From positions 1 to 57,187 of the forward strand of contig RBZT01000820.1 in the NCBI GenBank assembly GCA_003693705.1: a DNA stretch of 57,187 nt, in the 5' to 3' direction. This document shows, piece by piece, positions 1-12,375 of this stretch (its first letter is position 1; every line of letters begins with the position of its first letter). The notes beneath the pieces are model-generated. The model searched no databases. It saw only the letters and a program-made list of their open reading frames with translations, and was not told the DNA's origin. A program made the translations under genes and the position numbers. This DNA is from Polymyxa betae A26-41. Taxonomy: Eukaryota > Protista > Endomyxa: Phytomyxea.

Positions 1-1520
1 ATTCTTTTAACGGTTTGGTCAAAGATTACCCTTTGCTTTATCTTCTGTTTCCATTATCCTGATTCGCCGATTTGCTCGAAAATGCTTTAGGTTTGAAATT
101 TTTGGCATAATGATATTTGTTTGCTTAACTGTTCATAACTTTGATTTATGGATGCACATTGGGGAGAAAATGCAGAGTTTAACAGTTAAAGAGATGGAGC
201 GTGCTGTCCGGAAGTTCAAAAGTCACCGAACGAATCCGTTGTGGTGATATAGAGAGAACAAATAGATAAAAACTGGGATTTTGCGATCGCAAATTTAATG
301 CGCACTCACGCAAAATGTTTTTTTGGGCATGCACTTTTGGATTCAATTTGCACCATCCCGGTCGGTTTATGACAGTTAAGATGTCCGCGACGGTATCTAT
401 TAAATTTTATCAAAATCTTAAAAAATTCTCTTATACCTATACGAGGTTTTTTCATCAAAAAATCAAAAATGGAACCTCTGGAAGTAAAATTGAATACTTC
501 CTTAAAAAAATGGAAGTATTTACTTCCACAACGGACATTGAACCCATCAAATATAAGTACTTTTCCAGAATTTTTCAGATTTTAAAAATTATCAAAAAAT
601 TATCTAAACATTTAATAAAAATTTAATCAAAAAATATTTTCCATTTTATCCCATCCAAGAAAATGAATAGCTGGTTTGAGATATGTATGAACACATCAAT
701 ACCTTTTTTGTCAATCTGTTGACAATGGGCGTAAATGTCAACATGATAATTGGAAACGTGAGATAAAATCGCTAGTTTTATGGTGATGCCAATAAGATTT
801 CCACCTCATTGTTTTGCGTAGGGAGTTTGGGAGCAAATTGAAACAAAGGTGACGATTACCTTAAGTCCAATAACAGTATCGAAACTGTGTTTCCTTTTTG
901 TAAACATTCGCCATTTCTTGACGTTTTTCTATTTCTGACATCCGAATTGATCGACAGCTCTGGGTTTATCGTTAGCTCTAGCAATCTTTTAATCGCTTTT
1001 CAACGTGTATTTCTGGGTTACTTAGACACCTGTTTATATCCTCTTAGATAAGCATTGTGTGCCAGCATCAACTCGATTCCGAACATTAGCTGCACGCTTC
1101 TCCCTGTTTAGTCGAATTTAAATTTTTATTGGCGTTTCGCCGGAAAACACAATGTTTACTTGCAGTAAATTCATCAAATTTGTCAGCTTGTTCACAGTAT
1201 GCTGGGATGGAATTGTGTAAATCACTGACGAATAAACGGGGGATGCTTACAACTGTCCAGAATTATATTATGGATGCCGTATTGAATACCCATAGAGGTC
1301 ACTTTCACTACAGCGTTTAGCTCAAATCATTCTGCTTATGCAAATAAACAGATGAGTGATCAATTAAGAAAGCAACCTATTGATCAGAAGAGACCATAGT
1401 TATCTAGAGCTGAAACCCTCAAAGCAAAAGAGAATGGTAGAAGAATTCAGCATCAAGCGTGTTTCGTTGCTATTTGAGACAATGACGTTATGTGAACGTT
1501 TTAATTTCATAATGGTTATT

Positions 1521-4500
1521 CTATTGCAGAAGCGAGGAGGTGGACGCTGCACGAAGCTTTGCTATCCGAGCTCTAATAGCATCTAAAGAAGCTACGGCAG
1601 GCCTGGGCTGAGAATCGGCCGCTGAATTGTCTGACTGCAGAGAGCCGCTGACAGAAACAGAAGGATAAGATACCCTCGGTTCCGCTGAGTTTTGGGCCAT
1701 CTGCAACCTTTCACGAATGCGGCTAATAGAAGCTGATGGCAGCTCCACAGTCGAGCAGGTCGAGACAGTTCTTTGTAAAGGAGGATCTTGCGAGGAGGCG
1801 CGCGATTGCAAGCTTTTCAACCGAGCTTGAAACAATTCCAGAGTAGAGGTAGTCGATTCGGGCGTTGATGCAGCACTCGCCGCTGGAGCCTCAATCAAAC
1901 TCATACGCCGCACCACCGCTTGTTTTACATGTTCCGGAACCTGAGAAGGATCGTTAGATTGAGTTAAGAGTTTCAAAAAGAAATGTACATCAATGAGATA
2001 ATGTTCAAGGTCAACACAGGGATTTGAAGCTAGGTATTGGCTCAATTCCCTTATAGCATCTTGCGAGTTGTCTTTGATACGCTGGAAGATGTCGACAAGA
2101 GTCGGATCCAAAGCAGAAGGATGCTCATTTTCCAAAGTTGAGAGCTTCTCGTGCACAATTTTGCTCAGAACAGAATTCGGAACCAAGGCACAGGCCGACA
2201 GTTCGGATAGGAACGAATTGCCTCTCAACTTGATTAGCGTCACGACAAGCGTATAAACAAGCTAAAGGAGGATAAGAAACCGTTAACATTTCAACAAAGC
2301 CGCCTACATTCCAAGGCATGTTTTGGCCGAGCTCAGGAGCAAATGTGCTCCAGAATGTTTCTGGGTGCCTTTCAAAGAATTGATCGATTTCTTCAAGAAG
2401 CGGACACACAACGAGACGTTGATGACATAAATGCAGGCCTCTGGCTAGCTTAGCCAGACACCGGCAATAAAGCGTTGACACCCTAAAAAGTTCGTCAATA
2501 GATAATAAAGATAGCGAAGAAGGCCATTACGATTTATCGTTCTTGTCATAGCCAAACGACCAGAAATCATTCATCCCTCTGATGAGGGCACAATAGCATT
2601 GAGTTCTATCAGTAATTTCCAGTGATTTCGTAACTAAAACATTGACATATGATCGAATGCTCTTATGTTCCGCAGATGACCTGATAATGACGGTGAATCA
2701 AACGGAATAGCCGCAAGATAGAGCACAGACCTAACATTGCCGGTGCCTAACACTGGCAATAATGCCTGATAAAATGACGTCAAAGTTTGCACATTAAGCT
2801 CAACAGCAAACGATGAGGATTTGAATAGTGCCATGAGCGTATTGATTGCAGGTTTGGTCACATTGAACTGTTGCGGCTCCAGCTCGAATGCTTCACGAAA
2901 GTGACTAAGCAGCAATCCAACAATGGTATTTGCACGGCGAATCAGAATTTGGTTTTCGGGGCCGCACTGCTCGGTGAGCTGCGATAACATCCTCATGGCA
3001 TCAATACGAGCTTCTTCATCAATCGATTCCAGCTGAAGCATGATCGCGTCCAGTGTGGCAGCGGTATTATTCTCCTTTGTCTCCAGATGACCATTCACTG
3101 AATTTCGTGCGTTGATGACAGATTCGCTTCGTGGAACAGTGTTAGCAGCATCCTTGGCAAACAGCATTTAATGATGGATGCGTTATAAAACCCGTGCGAA
3201 TCCTGACCTTCTTTTGAACAAAACCCAATTCTCTAGACAGCGACAGATCGCCGAGATCAAGTTTAAAGATGTCTTGGTCCAACTCGGCTAATGCGGCTGC
3301 AGACGGCAATGACATTGTCTTATTCACAGGGGCGGAACCGATACTGCCGCTACTTAGGGAAGCGCTGCGCTCATTCTCCACCAACTCGCCCGAATTCGAA
3401 ACAGTGGCGGTCAGTTCAGCAACTCTCGATCGTGGTCGAGGAAGATGTCCAAATCGGGGCGATGGCGCTTGCTGTACATGACTGATTTTTTTCACCAACT
3501 TCTCAATCGCAGAACGATTACGATCCGATAGATCAAAGCTAATCCGAGACCAGAACGTGGATTCACCGAGCTCGCTGCACGCTTTCTCAATCAGCGAACT
3601 CGAAGCCTTACGAAGAGCAGCATCGTGACTCGTGACAAATTCAGCAATCGCTTGAAGAGTTTTCTTTGGAACAACGGAGTCAAACGGATTCTCGCCAGCC
3701 ATAAACAACAGCTCTTCAATACACGCCGATTTCGCACGAACGCTTTTCGACATGATAATGCCATCCAGAAGGAACTTGCCTATTGAAGAACTTGACCACG
3801 TTTCGGTTGCTTTACGAAGAAGTTCTCGTCCGCGAACACGCAGAGGCTGCTTATTATGGGCCAACAGCTTTTCGATGATAACCGGAATTAAACAGTTCGC
3901 GTCATAGTCGTCTAACTCGATGCGAGAAGACAGAATTGATATACACAGATTCAAGACTTTGACAACAACTTGAGTCTTATCCTCTGATATTCTCAACGAG
4001 ATCCACATCAGCAACAGATCACGAAGAGAAGCTACGGCTTCGTGAGACTGAGACATCGACGATTGTATCAGATCAATCGCAACAATTTGCTTCTGGAAAT
4101 CATCCGCGAACATACAAGTAAGAAGATCGGGAGAAACGCAAGGCGATAGTTGCTCCTTAAGATGCTCAATATCACCGCCAATCCATTCCTGGAATCCGAT
4201 TGGACCTTGCCGCCAACGGCTTTCTTTTCGAGCGGCCATTGCACGACTATCGCACACATAGAGATCCGAGCTCTCTCCAGGAGTCTGTCTTGTGCAGGGT
4301 GTGGCGATAGGTTCCACGCTCCTTGAACGTTTCAGCACGCGAGCTGCCTCAGGCTTCGATTTTCTCAATGTTCGAGAGAGTCCTTTACGCTGCGGCGGCT
4401 CTCTGCTGTCAGATTTGCCTTCTGATGATGGCTTGACCGAACCTGATTTCGGCCGAGCAAGAACACGTTCTGCTGGCTTATTACAAGCCGCTGAAGGGGC

Positions 4501-6254
4501 CTTCTGAAGAGAGGCAGCAGGAGCTGATGTATCACCGGGAGGTTCACCAGGGAGATTCAGTTTGTCTAATACCGCCTTGATCGCGATCTGGGAAGTTCTT
4601 GAGAGTGATGTAATATCATTTCGCACATTCGCAGCCCCAAGCTTTGGAACAATCATGGCGAGCAGTTTTTCAGATTTCTGTCGAACACCAGGAACCTTGT
4701 CTTGCAAAGAATGGAAAACAGGATGCAATAAAGCTTCCGATACAGACAGGTCCAGTTCCTCTGGTTGTAGCCTTTGTAATAGTGTCTCCAATAAACCATC
4801 GCGAAGCAATGGCGTCTGCTCCATTGATTTTGCGATGTGCGGAAGACCAATGCTGATAGAGCTTCCACCCAGCCAGCATAATAGCGCAGAGCGAGCTTCA
4901 GCAGCAATATGTTTCTTGCTGTCGGCGACTTGTGTCAGAACAACCGGGACGACTTGATTGGCATGCTTATGTACAGCATCAGGTCCAATATCCTCACCCA
5001 GCGTACGCAGCACTGTTAGAGCCGTTAAAACCAAGAGCTTATTGGCATCGCCAATACGAGCCAGTACAGCCTTAACAAGACTCTTAATATTGGGCTGGAT
5101 TGAGTGGCGAGCTTCGTCCAGAATCCTGGTAACTGTATCGAGGGCATCTTTTCGTTCTTTCCAGGCGTCGTCTTCCATTTGTTTTAAGAGCTTACTGGTG
5201 ATCTTAGGATTGATATCGACACGATCCACCAAGACCAAGCTCTTAGCAGCTGAGGCAGGACCGGAAGGTTTCTGACCGCGTTTGAAACGGGTAGGCATGA
5301 CAGGTGCACCTGGTGTTATCTGTCCTAATTCAGCCTCAATCGACTTTGCAAGTGCCGGTTTCAATCCGTCAATAATCAGATTCACCATAGCTGGCGAGCC
5401 AGCTTGACGGAATATCTCAGTTAACAGAGCTGTGGCATCATTCCTGACACCAACGGTCCCGTGACCAAGAAGCGTCTTTCCCGTTTCGATTATGGGCTTA
5501 ATAGGCACGAAGGAAGCGCTAAAATCTTCAACAATAGAATGAAGAGTCTTGGCAATGCCTTGAAGAGCCTTCGGGTTCTTTACAGTACCGATTCGGGAGA
5601 TTATCATTGGCACGACGGCTTCCGCTCCAAGTGCCTCGCATAATGCCACTGCACAATCTTTAGCAGCTGAGGCTACCTTCGGATCTCCGAGCTTATTAAG
5701 AATAGAAAGAAGCGGCAAACCAGCAAGTTTGTTCGAAAAAGCATCGGATGTTAAAGCCAACTTTGTTATAGCCTCGAACAATGATGAAGTCACCTCAACA
5801 AAAACGTGAATAAGACTGAGGCCAATGCCGCGTTATTATACCTTACTTGAACATTGACTTCTTTCCATCCGGGAGTTTGATGAAAAACGTATAGTGTAGA
5901 GTGACAAAGGGCAGTCACATTGCCTTCATCGAGCCTTGCGTGGATCTTAGTCAGGCCCGATAGACGATCCTTCCACTGCTTGCTGGCTAATTCATCAAGC
6001 ACAGATTGAGGGAAGAAGTTCAAGAACTCAGCCGTGGCTTCCTCGAAACTTAAGGGACTAAGAGCTTTATCGTCAACAGCAGTTTCCGATACAACTCTGG
6101 TTGGCGTCGGTGTGGGTTCCTTAGTTACGGCAACCGAGCCAGATTTTGGAGTTTCAAGAGGGGCTTCGTTTGAAGCAGCGGCAGCTCCATCCAAACCAGG
6201 CTCGGATTCGAGATTTTCGCCTTGTTTCCCAGATGGAGATTCAGGTCCTGACAT
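1521..6254 (-). CDS. CKAP5: XMAP215/ch-TOG/MOR1-family microtubule-associated protein, multi-exon, starting at TOG3 (TOG3-TOG4-TOG5-C-terminal region)
   Basis: Joins ORFs 5790-6308, 3142-5793, 2634-3167, 2125-2481 and 1521-2243 through GT-AG introns. Motifs LSFEEA..LASKQWKDRL..PGWKEVNVQV..KNPK (TOG3), DRVDINPKITSKLLKQMEDDAWKERKDAL (TOG4), EHLKEQLSPCVSPDLLTCMFADDFQKQ (TOG5), and a C-terminal SLDAIRARIAKLR helix. Confidence 0.9.
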
Positions 6255-6794
6255 TATGGCGTACGATTGAACAGAGCGCGTCAGCGGGCTGCTCCCTGCG
6301 CCCAGCATGCTGCGCTCCTGCGTTCACGACGGATCTCTGCGCTCGCGTTCGAATCCCCTCAGACCATTGTCGCCTCTGTACTGTTCGTATTGAAAAAGCT
6401 TCATTATCATCTGATTGAACGACATTTCACTTCGCAGACTGAAAAAATTTGGATGCTCAGTTTACCTGAATGAAAAGCTCAAGAGTTGCCAAAACTCAGA
6501 TGCTTACTTATGAATGTGTATGCGTTTTTGGAAACGGAAATATGCAGGTAAAAATAATCCAAGGCGCAATCTCAGCAGATGCAATGCATTGTCACGTTGT
6601 TTCTAGAGAGAAACGTTTATCCTCTCCACTTCAAATTTTTTCAGATACAAGTCAAATTGAACAGTATGTCGCATAAAATTATGTTGACAAACAGAGTGAC
6701 AATAAGGCATTTGATAAAGAAAAACATGAATATTTTAATGGGCAGTGAAGCTGAATTTATTGCTCTAAATTACAGGATTGCTTAATGGAGCTGT

Positions 6795-8046
6795 TCAAAA
6801 CATAGCAGACTGCGGCGGTAGCGGTGGACCATTCGTCGGTAATCCTGAAGACGAACGGCGGTCGTCTCGCTCGCGGGCAGACTAATGGAAATCAGTGAAC
6901 AGATCTAACAAGCAACGATCGAATATTAACCCTGCTGCTTGGCTCTCGGTAAGATCGTGGACGATCGCGCTCTCGTTCCCGTTCACGATCGCGACCACGG
7001 TAATCGCGGTCCCGATTACGATCATCGCGATGGCGATCATCCCGGTGTCTATCTTCACGGTTTCGGTCACGGTCTCGTTCACGATCACGAACACGGTCGC
7101 GGTCGCGATTGTCTCGAGGTGGTTCCTTACGGAAATCACCGCTGGATCTTCGATCGGAACGTGAACTTTCTTCACGACGCAATGGGGCAGAAGCACCAGC
7201 ACCTTTCTTCTTTTTGTCACCCTACATCATAATGGCGATGAATATCAGCAGATAATAAAAAAAACGGATGTGAAAGCAATTCAAATAAACAGCCAACTAC
7301 AAAATCGCAACACTACCTTGCGAGTGGATCCTAAACCACCTCCCAAGCGCCTTGGCTTCCAATTGGGCACAGTTCTTCCACGTTCAACGTCAACCAAAAT
7401 ACGGCGATCTAACACATTTTTGCCGTCCTGGGCTTTATAAGCATCTAAACCCGATTTAAGGATAGGTTTTGTAAAACATAACCTTTTATACGCTTAAGAT
7501 CTTTTTCATCTTCAAATTCAATGAAAGCATATCCCCTAGGCTTGCCCGTTTTAGTGTCTTTGATGAGTTTGACCTAAATTCTTTTAGAAGCAAACATTGT
7601 CAATAGGCCTATAAGTACCGATTTAACAGGCCCGCTTGTGGACATTTCCTTTTTCATATCTTCTTCTGTCACATTGTAATCCAGCCTTGCAATAAAAAGC
7701 GTCTTGTAAGCGTCATCAGTGGTGTCGTTGTTCTGATGAGGATTCCCTGAACATAATATTCATTCGAACCAAATCAGATAAACAGATCCGTTTTACATTT
7801 TTTAGACTGCACAAGAATGCGTTTGGCAGCCTTCTCTTGGCACTTTTTAGCTCGTCGAGCTCGCTTTTCAGGAGCGGTCTCATGTTTAACCAACGGCTTC
7901 AACTCACTTGGGTCTTTAAATTTATCTTTAAAAGCCGCCAAGCCAGTCAATGGCCGGGACCGCTTCGGCTGGATCGGCTCAAGGTATTCAAGAGGGGGAC
8001 GAGGCGCGAACATGGCCAGCATGGCTGGCGGCATGTAATGTGCCAT
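6795..8046 (-). CDS. SNRNP70: U1 snRNP 70 kDa protein
   Basis: N-terminus [13 protein letters not shown]; [12 protein letters not shown]; RRM with [11 protein letters not shown]; [26 protein letters not shown]; RD/RE-rich tail. Five GT-AG introns traced. Confidence 0.97.
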
Positions 8047-8275
8047 TGTAGAAGGTTTGGCAGCGCCAGGAGCCGGCTACACACCAATAACCAAAGACGA
8101 TTAAATATAAAGAGACGCACCGCCACGGAGTGAGTTCGGCCATTCTTGTTCTTGTTTACATAGAGGAAACCTCAAGAATAACATGGATATGATATGGATT
8201 ATATGACCCTAGAGGAGGCAGGCAGATAAGAACTTTTATTAGGGCAAATATTAAATTAAAATCATCAACAGCAAC

Positions 8276-9208
8276 TTAAAATAGCTGTGATGCTGGATCG
8301 TATATGCAATCGCTGGGTATTGTCGCCTCTAACTGAGAGGGCATGGCGAGTTGCCCAGATGGCGTCGTCATAATCGGAAGCGGCATGTGATCGTCTTTTT
8401 CGTCCTCATTCGAAGGGGCAACCCATACTGAGCCAGAACGGATTGGGGTTGGTCGGTGGCTTCCCATGACGATTACGGGCGCGTACCATTGTGCAGGCCT
8501 TGGCTGGACTGGAGCCATCGGCAACAATTCCTGCTGATGCATATCCATCAACATCGACTGGGTGCTTAAAGCTTCATTGGCGCTCGAAATCCTTTGCTCG
8601 AAGTCCCTCCTGTGCGTTCGAATGTGGTTTGCGACGCTTTTAGCGCTATTGAACTTCCTGTCACATTGACCGCATTGATAGAGATTAGGACTAACATGCC
8701 AAAGCGCATGTCGCCTCATATCAGAAGCCTTGGCTGTTGGGCGAACATCACCGCCGTTATCCATATCTCGACATGTCGAGCACCAAAAATAACCGCGTAG
8801 ATTTCCAGATTCAAGTTTGATCAGCCGAGGATTCTCGACGTCCACGAGGCGGGTTTGATCTGGAGTGATCGTACTGCTATCAGATGATCCAGCGACAGCC
8901 TTGCAGCGACCCGTATGCCTTTGCAGTTCTAGACGCGTACTGAAAGTTTCGTTGCAGCGCTGGCAGATATAGGTATTGGTATGAACATGTATGAAGCGCT
9001 GGTGAGAAGACACACGCAGGCGCCGATACGTTGGTTTGATGAGTTGCTCGGGGTCGCAGCCTTGATGGAATTCCTGCTGGCAAAACGTGCACCAGTACAA
9101 GTTTCGACCGTGGATTGTCAACTGTAGAATATTGGGGTCCTGCGGAGCTTCTGTGGCGTTCGCAAACTCGCGCATGACCACATCGACGTCGATTGTGATG
9201 CTGGTCAT
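8276..9208 (-). CDS. C2H2/C2HC zinc-finger protein (putative transcription factor), intronless
   Basis: 310-aa ORF with YICQRCNETFSTRLELQRHTGRC, YQCGQCDRKFNSAKSVANHIRTH and two atypical fingers (WCTFC..., FWCSTC...MRRHALWH); Pro/Met/Gln-rich tail. Confidence 0.85.
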   Translation of the reverse strand: MTSITIDVDVVMREFANATEAPQDPNILQLTIHGRNLYWCTFCQQEFHQGCDPEQLIKPTYRRLRVSSHQRFIHVHTNTYICQRCNETFSTRLELQRHTGRCKAVAGSSDSSTITPDQTRLVDVENPRLIKLESGNLRGYFWCSTCRDMDNGGDVRPTAKASDMRRHALWHVSPNLYQCGQCDRKFNSAKSVANHIRTHRRDFEQRISSANEALSTQSMLMDMHQQELLPMAPVQPRPAQWYAPVIVMGSHRPTPIRSGSVWVAPSNEDEKDDHMPLPIMTTPSGQLAMPSQLEATIPSDCIYDPASQLF

Positions 9209-10200
9209 GCGATCAAATCGGGATATGCCCTACGATGACAAGAGATATAAGGCAGAGTCGCAGAGGGGATCGTCGACATTTGTTAGGTCACGCAGCTTCA
9301 CGACCCATAAATGCGCGCAGAGAATCTCGACCAAATGGGGCGCGTGCTAAGAAATTTTACAAGAGGTCGCTGGCACCTTGACACTTGACAGCGACCTTCT
9401 GTTAAATAAGTAGCTGCCTTGTCTCAACTGTGGAAGACTTATACTGCTGTTGACGGTGCTTTATGAAATGGGAATTACTTCTCTTCTGATCGGTCGTTAA
9501 CCCTATTTTGAAGCAAGAACGAATGCGTGCTTAACTTCGTTTCGCTTCTTTTGCTTTGATTTCTCAGAAGTTTGTTTGCCAATACGAACTGATGACTATT
9601 TCGTTCACAATAAAATCATTTGAAAAATCATGTTGCAGTTCATGGTATATACAAGATTTCATTGTGGATCATCTATATACTCCTATTGCCCAAACTATAA
9701 CGCATCGCCCTAGTTTTTGTCGTAAGTAGCTGCCAGCAATCCGCGATCCTTTGACAGCACAAAGATAACTGGCAAGGTGACGTAATGCATTCTCTGGCCG
9801 GATAGATGCTCACTCTGATGCCTGATTAACTCATGATCATACAATCAAGGTTTGTATCTGGAGACAATAAAATTTCGGAAAAAAACACTGAGACCAACCT
9901 GGTTTGCTGATCTCTTGAAAGACTGTAATATGGCCGCTTGTTTCCATACAACCGTGGAATGAGGTGTCTATGTTATTGCTCGATGCGTTCTTTCATCAAA
10001 TCGTGTCTCATAATCGCGCCAGTATCGTATCGAATTTCAGCAACATTCTTGAGATTTTAAGGAGAAATATAAAAGCTGCGGGCACCTAAAATATGTTACA
10101 CTGACGCAGTTTTTTTGTATCGTTGTTGAAAAGAAGCTAAGGACAAACAACATAGGGAGGCGATACTTCATAGTTATTGCATCAGGCTTCACTATCTATC

Positions 10201-11020
10201 ATGGTGGGTTGTCGCTTGATCTCATAGTGCCTTTATTTACTGCTGGCATAGTCGATTATGCAATATAATGGGTCAGCCGTTGTCGCCATGGTTGGAAAGG
10301 GATGTGTGGCGATTGCCAGCGACACACGCTTCGGTGTACAGGCTCAGACAGTCGCCACTGACATGCAGAAGGTTATATTATGTTCTCCCGAAATGCAATT
10401 CTGACTGTTGCAAGATATTCAAAATGCATGATCGTCTATATGTCGGGCTATCTGGTCTGACGACAGATATGATCACTGTTCGAAACAAGCTGGAATATCG
10501 ATTGAAGATGTACAAGCTTCGCGAAGAACGTGATATTGAGCCGAAAATTTTCGCCAATATGCTTTCGGGAATGCTGTATGAGAAGAGGTGCTGTCTCCAG
10601 GATTATTTTTATCGTTCCTGGATTCCTGTTTGCTAAATCGAATAACTGCAGGTTCGGCCCATTCTTCACGGAACCAGTAGTAGCTGGGATTGATAAGGAT
10701 GGAAATCCTTTTATTTGTGCAATGGACTTGATTGGAGCTGCTGTCTACGCTGAAGACTTCGTCGTTGCCGGAACGACTAGCGAAGAATTATATGGTACCT
10801 GTGAAAGCCTCTATTCTCCAAACCTGGAACCAGGCGATTTATTTGAAACGGTGTCGCAAGCGCTTTTGGCTGCTGTGGACCGTGATTGTTTATCTGGATG
10901 GGGTGCAGTAGTTCATATTTTGTAAGTCAACTCAGTTTAACTGTTTTCATTTGATTCAAAACCTTTTGTAGAACTAAAGATGGCGTCACAACCCGTAAGC
11001 TGAAGTGCCGTCAGGATTAA
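10201..11020 (+). CDS. PSMB3: 20S proteasome subunit beta type-3
   Basis: ATG|intron|[78 protein letters not shown]. Four GT-AG introns; the first coding exon is the ATG alone. Confidence 0.98.
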
Positions 11021-11074
11021 ATTCCCATTGTATCCTACATGCTTTCACATGATAAACATTCCTTTATAATCAGT

Positions 11075-11845
11075 TTATTTTAATTCCTTCCTCTTTTTTT
11101 TCTCAGAATCTTTCTTTTTAGATCTTCTTTCCTTCTCTTCCCTGCTCTTATGCTTCTTCAATTTCCTGCCTTCTTCAATCCCGGCTTTCTCTTCTTTGAC
11201 TTTAGGATTTTTGCTCTTTGATTTCTTTGCAGTATCGACAAGTGATTTTTCCACCACCTTTTGCTTTTGCGGTAGCGAGTGGGCACTGAGAGCTTCCTGT
11301 TTTGGCACCTGCGTGCGAGCGATCTTAGCAGATTCCACAATCTGGGCAACATTCTCTTTCTTTTTGATGGCATTTCCGTCAACAGCTGGGACGTTGATTG
11401 CTTTTCGAATGGTAAAAGAGCGTTGGAAAGGAAGTCCTGCGACATGAGAACCACCATTAGCTTTCGGAACAATATTCACAATGTTTTCAGCATCTTGGTT
11501 TTCAAAAACTTCGAATTCAGTATCATTGATAGTGACTTTAGCTACGACGGAATTTGGCATTGATTTATCTGGAATGTCCAGTTCTAGCTTGGATAGTGAG
11601 GTGATATCAAACTGAAAAATCATTCAGAAGTAAATTACATGTTGCGAATTGCTTACAGATTCAGGAAAAGCAAACAGCCACAACTGCTGATCACAGGCCA
11701 TCTGTTTGACTTCTTTGTCAGTTAAAAACGGCTTCGAAGACGGTTGCCCTTGGTTTTTGTTATCAACAGCTAGGCATGCCTGTGTGTTTGAATCTGATTT
11801 AGAACGCTTGCGTTTTTTGCTGGCTCTTTCTTGAAGGTCGCTCAT
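11075..11845 (-). CDS. RNA polymerase I subunit RPA34/A34.5-like protein
   Basis: QLWLFAFPES|FDITSLSKLELD resembles the RPA34.5 ELWLIxxPxxFD motif, followed by a Lys-rich C-terminal tail. One GTAAGC...CAG intron near 11614-11658. Confidence 0.7.
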
Positions 11846-12375
11846 CGATAGATCCAACAATTGATTGAAATACAAAAGTTCGAAACACCGCTACGGAGTT
11901 TTGTCATTTCTTCACACATTTTTTAAGAACATTTCTCTCGTTGCCACATTTGAGTTTGAATGATTTGCTCGAAAGCAAATCAGCTCTTTGGAAATGGTAT
12001 CAATGGAAGATATCGTCTTTGAATAGAATGGCTCAGTAAATAACTGGTTCAAGTTACCAGTTGCAGGTTTAAGATGATGAATTAAGGAAGAAGTGATATA
12101 AGCGGCGGGAAATTTAAACTCGGACGATTAACAGAAAAACATGAACGTGGAATGTGACGAAATGAGATGAACAACCAATATTTAAACTATATGAAGATTG
12201 TGCCCTCACTTACAAGGCTATTGCTGAGGAAACCAGCCCGGCCCCCACAAATCGCCAACATCAGGCGATACTTCTCAAGTCGGCTTGGACATCGGACGCG
12301 GCCTTTCGCTTGCGTTACCTCCTGGTTCCGGCAGTTGCCTGTTTTGCCCAGACGTGATGTTCTGCGAAGCGATCC

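Noticed and set aside
315-626. 103-aa K/F/I-rich ORF
   Set aside because: Composition simply reflects AT-rich low-complexity DNA; no motif and atypical codon usage.
6882-7232. Overlapping ORFs and palindromic gatcgc repeats on both strands
   Set aside because: Shadow frames of the RD/RE-repeat tail of U1-70K.
7446-7492. Possible U12-type intron (tccttaa near the 3' end)
   Set aside because: Donor is gtataaaa, not the U12 consensus GTATCCTT; no convincing U12 intron seen in the window.
9586-9641. Possible C/D snoRNA (TGATGA inside a gaactg/cagttc stem)
   Set aside because: No CTGA D box before the closing stem.
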